This document shows positions 53,963-64,000 of a stretch of DNA of 64,000 bases, one piece after another. Every line of letters begins with the position of its first letter. Positions within the stretch are counted from its first letter, which is position 1. Below the pieces are notes generated by a model, which was not told the origin of the DNA, ran no database searches, and saw only the letters and a list, made by a program, of their open reading frames with translations. Location of the stretch: assembly GCA_000934665.2 (NCBI GenBank), contig JYFJ02000720.1, positions 1 to 64,000 on the forward strand, written 5' to 3'. Origin of the DNA: Catajapyx aquilonaris (Eukaryota). The translations under genes were made by a program, and so were the position numbers.

Positions 53963-56900
53963 ACCATTCGGCTCGCTAACATTTTAAATAATTCCTAAAA
54001 GTAACTGATTATTAATAATTTGAATGGAACACGCTCTACACGGTCCATGTACGAATCAATGCTCCATACAGTTGATTTCCATCCACCTTTCCATCCAAAT
54101 AATGCGACTAATTTCGCGATAACTACCGCCGCCTCACTCGAGCGGACGGATTTTCTAAAGGGCTGACTGCAGCTTTATTGTCATAATTATGACACGGTAT
54201 ATCGCTCGAGACGTAGACGACAGCCATACTGGATTTTCCGCTTGTCCGTTGACACGGAGTCGAACAATGCACCGGTGCTAATGAGAAATTAGGGCGGACT
54301 TATTAGCGACACTTCATATACGGTGCCATGAAAAGCCGCACGGTTCCAATTATTATTACCGAATGGTCATTACCCGGTTAGCAACAACGTTTTGTTCCTG
54401 TACAGGTATACCCCCCTTGATGTACTACAGCAGCTATCCCTTCGAGGAAAATATCGTCTGGGGCTTGAATACTAATGCGGGTACGGAAAAGTGAGGACAG
54501 GAATGATGCGATAATTTCTCCAGGGGAGGATTAGAGATTAGAAAATGATCGCGTCGTCGAGCTTACTTTGGTGAAGGAGGAGGTGTAATTAGGACTCGAC
54601 GTAATACCACCCTCACTTCGACACAGACAACGATCGCCACCGTGCTAAATTTATTACCCAACGGGGAAACCAGACTTGGCCAAAATCAACCCAGGTCCCG
54701 TACTGGGAATTTCCTAGCTTTTTGCTAATAACTGATGAAATTCATTTTCCGCCAGTGATATGATGAGTCCATTGACGCTCCAGGGGCTCTCAGAAGTTAT
54801 TAACTGAAAAGTACTACCTGAATCTAATGTAGGTAACTAACCGGGAGGCATAATTGACGCAATTTTGGACATCATTATGGATCCAATGCGGTTTGGTGTG
54901 TAAATGCCTCCGTTTAGCGGTTTTATCCCCGAAAACCGACTACCAAACAGTTGGGGCAAGATTTCGAAGCCGGATAAGCACTCCCACGGTTTTTTATCGA
55001 CCCAAATCCCCTTTTCCTGTGGAGTGTTTTGGAGATAAAACCCTGATGGTAGGCCTCAACCCCAGAACTGTTACGTAACCTAATTTTTAGTTATGAAAAA
55101 ATTAAATATTTTCGACATTTGCAATAATTGTTAAAAATTGAGTGTTATCGACCCACCTCATTCTGTTCTGAACTAATCTAGAACTGAGTTTTGGGTGGTT
55201 TTTTTGTGTGTTTTTTAAATCAAATATTATAAATGTTATCCGATATTTCTTCTGTTAAAAATGACGTTTCCCATGAAGTGGTGTGAAGATGAAACCCTTT
55301 CATACGAAATGTTGTGAAACCTACTTCAGGCAAAGCCATATTGTTTAGTTTTTCGGGTAAAAATCTTTTCCGATATTTTTATCGCGTCTTATCGATCGAA
55401 ATCACGTGTTTTGAAGATGAACTCTCATCCAGAAATATTATGTAACGGGTTGCGTGCAAGGGCATCGCATCTAAAACTACGTCTTTATATACTGGGAACC
55501 GGCTGGTAAATCTTTAAATAGGGCGAGCTGTGCAATCTTTCACCTTGTCGTGAACAATTAATTACTCCGCCTTTCTTAATTGCGTGCAAACATACCCAAA
55601 GTGCTTAGAAAACTTTGAATCGATTTCGGAGGAGCATACAGCGCATCTCGCATGCATTAACCGTCAGTAAAGAGGGGCACCCAGAAATTAATAGCAATAT
55701 TGCATGTGGAGCTAACATAATTGCATTTGATATTAAGCAGTAAGTTTATGTTTTTACGACGCCTAATAACACTCACATGATGGAACTCGGTCGTATTGAC
55801 ATGCAATGCGCCAAGGATTTGAAAAACGACCCGTAAAAGTAATCCAAAAAAATTCGTGTATATAAGTCATGCTAATAGGTCTCGTAACATACAGCCCAAT
55901 AATTCCAGCCAGTCGTAATTGCAATATTAAATAATGAGTATGCCGAGTATTCGGACGGTACCAGCTAACACGTGATTTAACATGACAGTAACACGCACAC
56001 CTAGACCAGTGCTAGTAGTGCAATGAAATTTTGGAGTCTCAAAATAACCATCCTTCCGTGCGCATAAATCAGGAAATTGCGCGGCATTATTCAGGAGGAC
56101 GGAAGGAGTGAATAAGTTAAGCGTATGACGTCCGTTTGTGCTTCGCATCCCGTTTCTCCGGTCGTTCGAGACACAGGACCGGAAGCTTTCAGAAAAAAGA
56201 GGACCTTTTTTCATTGGCAACTCCAGGGTAATATTGCACGAAATTGCTGCCTTTGACCTTATAACTACTCAAAATGGCACATACTGCATATGTTGCACAC
56301 TGGGGCTGCCCGGGGGAAATGTGATCGGTTACTCACTCCAATCGCGCAGGCGCACTGGACCCTTATTGGATGCGCATGCGCGACTGGAGGGCCCACCCCA
56401 GTACTTTTCAGCAAAATTTTCTCCAAAATTTTACGCCAATTTCTCTGAAATGTTCGAAATTGCCTTAGCACACGTACAGTACACCAACTTGATCGCACGT
56501 GGGGGTTCTTGCTTTACGAGCGTGTCTTGTATGACTGAGACAAACTCTTCCCAAGTTCCGTGCCTAGGTAAACCGCGTTGTCTTGTAGGAACTGACCCCT
56601 TGAGATACATACCTGACGCCGAATTAAATTCTCATGTAAATTTCAAGCCGGCCCGAGTGATACGAAGCAGCCTACGAAACCTAGGCGTAGGCGTACAAAT
56701 CAACCTCAAGGACTGGTATGCAGCAAGGTATCGATCTATGCCATACCAAACACGCATAGAGGCGAAAAGGGAAGGTCTCCCTCATCATTGAGAGAATGAT
56801 ACTATAGTTCGAATTAGGGTAGAAAATGACGCATGCGATACATCCAAGCCCTGATGGGACGGTCCTGGGTCCATATACTGCGGGATGTTTTCGGCCCGGA

Positions 56901-59900
56901 TTTAACGATAAATTATCGGAATTCGCCAGGGAGCATTATTCAAACTCGGGGATACATTTTTGATGCAGGCATCAGGGACCATCATATATAGTACGGCGAC
57001 TACGGCCGTGGCCGTACACGTCGCGCGCTTTTTCCCGCCAAACCGTTATTCTGCTTAACGGCCAAAATAATATTTCCGATTGACAAAAAATTTGAGGAGT
57101 AATTTCCTGGCCGTGTTTTCTCTTTCCTTTTGTTACCGGGATTCTCAATTGGCACTGATGCTACGTCGTCCGAGGTGCGGTATGGCCCACAATCGATAAA
57201 ATGCCAATGAATTTTTTTTACTGCCTCAAATGTCGGCTGTTCATTCAATTACCGAAGTTACGGGCTAATCTATGTTGCAGGAACATTTCATTTGGAGAGA
57301 GTTTGGGGAAGCAGGCTGAGGCTGTGTAATGTTCATTTGACAGCAAGCCCACAGGGCGGAGATTAGTCATTTTAGTTATGTTTCACGCTGTAGTGTTAAT
57401 TCTGGCTATGAAAGTAATGTCATTAGTGCAAACTACCCCTTACCACCAATAGTGTGAATGCAATTTGGATACGTTATTCAAACTCATTTGCGCATATGAA
57501 AATAATGAGCTATGCGAAGATAGTATGCTTTTTGAGCTAATGGACTATTGTAGTTTGCAATAATTGGCTTTAATTTGGACCGAATAAACATGGTGTGAGT
57601 TTCACGCTAAGTGTGACATCAGAGGTCACATTGTCCCTGTCAGATATGCGGCGTACAATTTTGTGGAACTGTGCAATGTTGCACACACTTCGCTTAATCC
57701 GACAATCCCCCAATTTTTTGGACACTAAGTCCCACCAAGTTATACACCGCATTATTATTCCGCAACACATCTCTAGTCCAAACATTTTTGCAGATGAGAT
57801 TATCGGGGGGTTATCATCAGAAAGTCTGGAAATTCGGTTCTCCACCACCCAAAATATGATCAGGCACGAATGTCACGAAGGGGAAAGTTCCATATACACA
57901 CGTCAGGTGAAGTCCCGTGGTAGAGAGTGACATGGACAGAATATTCATGTCAGAGGAATCCCATTTTTTTTCTCTCTCTCTCTCTCTCAGTGGAAAAGTG
58001 ACAGGTGCCCTCACTTCCGATTCCTGCTGGCGGAAGGAAATGTCTCCGAATAGTCTGTTTGGCAAAGTCAGTTCAAGTGACAAGTAGGTCTCTACGAAGA
58101 CGGAGTCGAAAATACTCGCGACAGGCTTCATGATTGGAGGAGAGGACTTCCTATTTGCTGCTGCGACCACGCTGCATCGACAAACTTTGACACTTTGGAC
58201 CCCCCACCCTCTCACTACTCTCGTACTTCAACCACCCCCCTGCTGAGGTGCTACAGACAGCCAGAATCAAGCCTCGGCTTTTGTTCTACTTCACAAGATT
58301 GGGACTCAACATCATGTTGTTGCAACACCAAGGGCGAAAACTGGAACAAATCGGTACATTCCGGACCAATCTGGACAGGTTCATATCTTTTTCCTAATAG
58401 GCCTATTCTCTCCGTCGGATGGTCGTTCGCACGACCTGAAGGTGGCAGGAGTGTGCAGACGGATCTACGACACACATTTGGTTCTACCCCCCACAGTTTT
58501 CAGGACAAAATGTTGAATGTCCATGTCAACAATGGGTGATCCAGTAGCAGTGTTGAAGAGTGTTCTCGACTCATCTTCTTCCACAAAGCCTTTTACCTCC
58601 TCCATTCCATTGCGGCTTATATCGATCTAGGAACCGGGGAAAGAGCTCATTAGTGACGCGCACTAGCTTTTGTTTTGCATGTGAAGCAAAACTTTCGAAA
58701 GTTTACACGAAACCTCAATCCCCAGGTCAAAGGTCATACTATTTTCCGTCAGCTTATTCCAATCAGATGCACTTTTTTGCAACTCCCCAGCTGTTGTTGA
58801 TATGTTAACTCTTCAGGAGTCATTTGGTTGGGTTCGATTGGTCATTTTTTGAGCCTTGGTCACAGCAACTATATATGGCTGGGCTTTGTTGGAAGCCGAA
58901 CAAAAACGGGTGATTGCATGGCGCGTGTGGTTGGAACAAAGTCATGTTTCCGCTCTGGTGACATAACCTGAACCATTGTGTGGACATAATCAGTGATATT
59001 TTCCAGCCACGTTCGAGCTATATCAGCCGGTTCATTACCACCCTTTTTTAAATAGAAATTTTGTAAAAACCGCAGCGACTAAGAGGCTCCAAGTCATGTC
59101 TACGGTATCGATTTCCGTCGTCCAACTGACGGATAATGAATGGAATCGCCTTGATAATCGACATTTTTATCCGCAGGCAAGATGCCATCAAACTTGTCAT
59201 CTCGCTCGGATCCAGTCGGACAAAAAATCGCACTTTCTCGCCCACGATAAAAAAATCGCTGAGTCAGGCAATCTTGCGACAAATTGCTGCCAATATTATC
59301 CGCAAAAAATAGTTTTTTCGCCCAAATTATAAAGTTTGAAGCCCCCACACCCAATTATTTCTCTAAAAAGAACCGCTGGCATAGAACACATTTCGTAACA
59401 AGCGACACAATTTTTTTTAAACGACACCCCATGGGGTTTCTTGTTTGCGTCAGACCCCCGACGGTGATTAATTGTCCATTAGTCAAGCGTGGTGTTTGAG
59501 CGAGATCGCTTTTCAGATATTTTATGGGCAGCGAGAACTTCCTCTGATCTACATTACCTATTCTCTCGTTTCCTTTTGACAGCTTGTATTTATGACGTTT
59601 TGTTCATTAGCGCGGTTACTCCCAGGCAAAATGGATGCTTGATTAACTGCAGTGATAAAACAGTCCGTTAATTCCGCACACCAGCCAGTACATGGGTTCG
59701 CCCCGATAGTTTTGTCGCCACTAGTGATGGCGAGAGTGTCAGACTAGCTGCGAATACCAATTAGCAGAAGAGAGTTGGCTACAAATTAACAGCTGGCGAT
59801 ATATTAAATTTTAACATTGTATTGTTCCTCTCATTATCCTATATTTAAACGTGTCCGCTAATTTCGGAAGAAAGCAGCTTGCGTCATCTACTGATTTTCT

Positions 59901-62900
59901 TCCCAACTTTGCGAATTACACATCGACTAGTGAACCTGTTGCCAATGGCAAAATCTGTAATTTGTAGACTATGACAGTGAAAATTAAACAACTTGAATGA
60001 GATGGACCGCCGATTTACCACACAGTACTATTCGTCAAGCATAGATGGCGTAGACTCCGTCTGTACACTCCTGCCACCATCAGATCGTGCGAGAGATAGC
60101 GATACTATCAGGTCGGAAACACATCCGACGGAGTGAATAAGCCCATTAGGAGAAAGATGACTAGTTTATTATTAAATATCATTAGATGAATTTAGCCTGC
60201 ATTTGCTAATGCAATTTATCACTTTTCCTCATCACCAACGGCCATTGTCGGTCAACTAAACCGTGCATATTTATATCGCAGGGGCACTATATAACTCGGC
60301 GGTTTTGCAAAAGCGACTAACTGCATGTGACACCGGTCCGAGTGAAAGATAATTAAATCAACTTGATGCAATACACCGAGTGGCACCGCACTTTATAACC
60401 GGGTGCAATCAAAATTCCTGCAACATCAGAGCGTCAATGGTAATAAACAGGAACTAATTAACAGAGTGGGGGATGGTGGGGGTGGGGAGGTATATGGGAA
60501 GGAAATTATTCCCATCTCCATCACACCCCCAACCAAACTTTGAGCCCCCGGGTTTGGCACCAAAACCGCGCCCAATATTCACACCGGAATATTGTGTCAC
60601 GCTTTGTGACGACTGTCAACACCAAACGGTGAGAGCCCAGGATTAGCTTTCATTCATTAATACGTCCAAGCTGATTGGAAGGCAAATGCGCAACATTTCC
60701 GTTGTCCGCAAAACGGACCCGGGACAACGAATAATTAAAAAAGTGGCGATACCGGCCATACAATACAACCGAACGATCGATTTGTTTGTCCCATTGTAGA
60801 AATACATCCTCTGTAAATAGATCACCGGATTTTGAAGGGGGGAAACAACCGTAATTCCCTGATTTTGCCAACTCTCTGCTGGATTTGAGGGAATATTACC
60901 GGTGTGACTTTACGCAATTATTTCAACGTAGCTGACAGTAACGAGCTTGCGTCATAATCTGAGTTCAAAATCGGATTAAAAACCGACTGGTGTATGAATC
61001 ACTCGAAGAAAAGTCGCCAGTTTTTTAAAAATTGTACACATTTTGCCAATTGGTTTTATGCGAGGAAAAATCCTCGTTGCCAACTGCTTTTGAGCAATGA
61101 GTTTCCACCATTTTAACTAAGCCTAATCCTATTAAGCGCTTCAAACTATGCAGCGGATTTTTGCAAAAACCATGAACCCGTCATGTGCTTTTCCCATCGG
61201 GGAAGAGCTATCCGTATAAAGGATGTCAAGATGGTTTCTGACGTCATCTGATGGACACTTTCGCAAATCTCACTTACACGTTGTGTTGTTAGGAAGTTTG
61301 TACACCTACGTTCCTGAAAATAGTTGGGGAGGAAATCAGTAGATGGCGCATGCTGTTTCCTTCCAAAATTCTATAACGGCACGACATGACGGAGATGTTT
61401 ATATATGAACTGATGGATCGTTTTCGCTCTATTTTCGAACGAATAGTACAGGGTTAATTCATACATTCTGAAAATCGGGCTTGATTGTCCATTTCGGTCC
61501 TTTTAATCCCTCAACATCCGCGGATTGGAAATGATGAGCTCCAACCTGCCCTGCTAATGGCCCAGATTTGACCACAAGTCCCCGAAATAATCAAGCAGAT
61601 TCGTGCGGTTCAGTCCAAGTGCTGACCTTTAGCGGCCACCCATGGACGTTGACATACAAAAAAAGAGCTAGGCGACGCCCAATTGGAACCAGGTTTAGGT
61701 CCAAACCGGGCTGGGGTGTGGCAGCTTCACACAAGCCGAAAACGCCCTTTATGGCCCTCCATGTTTTTGTAACCACGGATGGATTATACTCCTATGTAAT
61801 AATCAGATGGAGAGCGTCACTTGTTTAACTGGAAGCCCTTCTCTAGACCGCACTTTCCGGGCCCAAGAGGCGCTGCGATTATGAAAGTTCGCCTCAAGAC
61901 ACTAGTGAAAATCCCGGAGTTCTGCGGTTTTACTCTTGTGTTCAATCTAAGTTCGGGATTTGAAGTTTGGGAAGCCCAGAAACAGCTCTTGTTTGAGCTT
62001 GGTCTGGGCGCCTCAGGATGCTGCAGGGTGGCCCTTAGATATCAGCGGACAAAAGACGAGACTTGATGTATGTACTGGACATTCTGGGTCATAAGTCAGT
62101 ACAGAAAGAGGCGAACGAACTTTTACTCTGAACCTTTTTTTTAGGAAATTCGATAGATCGGTATACTGTACGACTAACAAAGGGAATCTGTCTAACTCAG
62201 CACATAGTCCACTATTGTAAACGAGGAAGTGCCAAATCTGAAGCTCCACTTAGTGAATGAAAAACCTTAGCTAAATCCTACAATTCCGGATGAGTGAAGC
62301 CACTAATACGCCCACATCCAGCCACCCTCATCCATCTTGGCAAAACAGGCCACTTATACACACTTCCTAGATATTAATTTTCCTGCAGTATTCTCACACT
62401 TGGTTACGATTTATCCTTCCTAAAATTTCAAGTACCTATTTGGGCGTGACCTAAGCTGTATTTCACGCAATTTTGCTCGTTAGTCAAAGGTTTGCCAGAC
62501 TCACATGTGGACCGGAGAGATAGTGTTATTCTCATCTTTTTGGAGCCAAAAAATGTGAATTAGTGCAGGAATTGGAGCGTCTGCTAAAAAAAATCTATAC
62601 CCTATAGTATACTGGCCTTTTTTGGGCTCGAATTTAGAGCCTCTGGAACGCACGGGAGTCAAAGGTTATTATTGGAAGCTCGCTTTGCCCCGAGTTATGG
62701 AGCTTCGGAGCTCTTCATCATGTTGTCTGGAGCTTTATATCATGCGCAAGATTGCCAGTACAATGCATCGGGGGAAAAAGGTGTCTGCTTCGAGCCAAAG
62801 AATTGAGATGGAATCAGTCGCTCTTGTGACGTGCAGATATATCCAATTTTGAATAAGTCACCCTATTCAAAAAAAAAAAGGTCGAATGGAAAAGGAGATA

Positions 62901-64000
62901 TTCATGAAATTTCGCAATTGTTGGCTCCTATACATATGTGAAGGTTGAATTGACTGAATTACTTCCGGTTGCGTCGTTCATATGTGCAATACAAACGTTG
63001 CGATGCAAGACTAACGAGCGCTGCTATATACAGTGCAGTGAGTGTACAATGCATTAGAGTGCTGTTATTAACGGAGGAAAATTCGCCTTGTCTGGAACCA
63101 ATACTTATTTTATACTCAGCCTGCGTGAAACTGCGAGTATGCCTAATTTTGTAATCAATGGATAGCTAATTGAATTACTTGCTCTAGCGAACTGCATTAT
63201 TTACATTATTTTCTGATGTAGGGGGCCTAAATAAATTCTACTTTGAAGAAAAGATGACCAACTGGTTAATGGTCAGCTGGATAAACAAACATAATTTATT
63301 CAAAATTTGCGTCAGAATTGAGGAACCTACCTGAAAAGTAATGTTTGCTTTAATATTGGAGGAAAAACGGAAGAAGGTCTTTCCTTTTCCTTTTCTTCCA
63401 AAGGAAACTTTAGTCGATACTATTTGAAAAGGACCGACTTGCGGGTTTTGGCTGCAATTCCACGGATCGCACAGAAGTGGCAGCACTGCCTAATAACATG
63501 GAAATATCAAATTAACATACTCGACACTAATGCTATTTCTCCCTGAGTCGTTTCCTAAAACAAATTAGGAGCAACTGAACAAAAGGACACGAAAAATTGA
63601 ATTACTTCCAATAGTTCAACTCAAGGCATAAGATTAAAGTGTCAGCGTGGACATAATTATTAGCAAAAATTAAGTGGCTATTAACTATACCGGTAATTAT
63701 TAACTACTAGCAGGGGACCCGTTCTTCGCACGGGGTTTGATAAATGAAAAAAGCAGCGAGAACAGAGAAGTTTCTAGATCCTGCATAATTATGAATTTAT
63801 TCAGTATTCCTCTCGGAGCTTTGGCCCACGGACAATATTCGCCCCCATTGTGGTATAGATGGTACGGGTATGCAGTAAGAATGAAATACACGGAAATACA
63901 CTACTTCATGTAAGCTTAATCCATATGCGACTAGTCCTAGGGGCCATTGTGTGGTAGGCCTATGAGTTGTATTTGAAAACAATAAGCAAAAGTTTTTTCG

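Noticed and set aside
56138..56791. 217-aa ORF on the plus strand
   Set aside because: GTG start, no motif or protein-like pattern, no clear splice signals.
46630..61352. Recurring TAGATGGCG motifs (near 46633, 60043, 61340) as CTCF/YY1 sites
   Set aside because: Partial matches only; cannot be separated from background without a motif scan.

Overview
Animal (invertebrate-like) nuclear DNA with long introns; no prokaryotic, CRISPR or rRNA features. Two spliced genes lie on the minus strand. (1) The 3' part of a small single-pass membrane protein (FN3 exon, stalk, TM helix, short tail; about 35.5-46.5 kb; first exon not found). (2) The 5' part of a PI3K regulatory subunit (p85/PIK3R)-like gene with a CpG-island promoter near 28.0-28.6 kb, two putative 5'UTR exons, and coding exons for a Pro-rich N-terminus, SH3 domain, Pro-rich linker and the start of a C1 domain; the gene runs off the left end. 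The first ~15 kb of this gene body (13-28 kb) looks CpG-depleted and is packed with transposon relics: hAT, pogo, Sola-like, piggyBac and Harbinger MITEs, an internally deleted mariner, a gag-only LTR element with nested insertions, and long fold-back palindromes. A young tRNA-derived SINE and an old long inverted repeat sit just upstream of the promoter. All calls are from manual reading and translation; no searches were run, and I found no clear-cut novel system beyond the leads listed.
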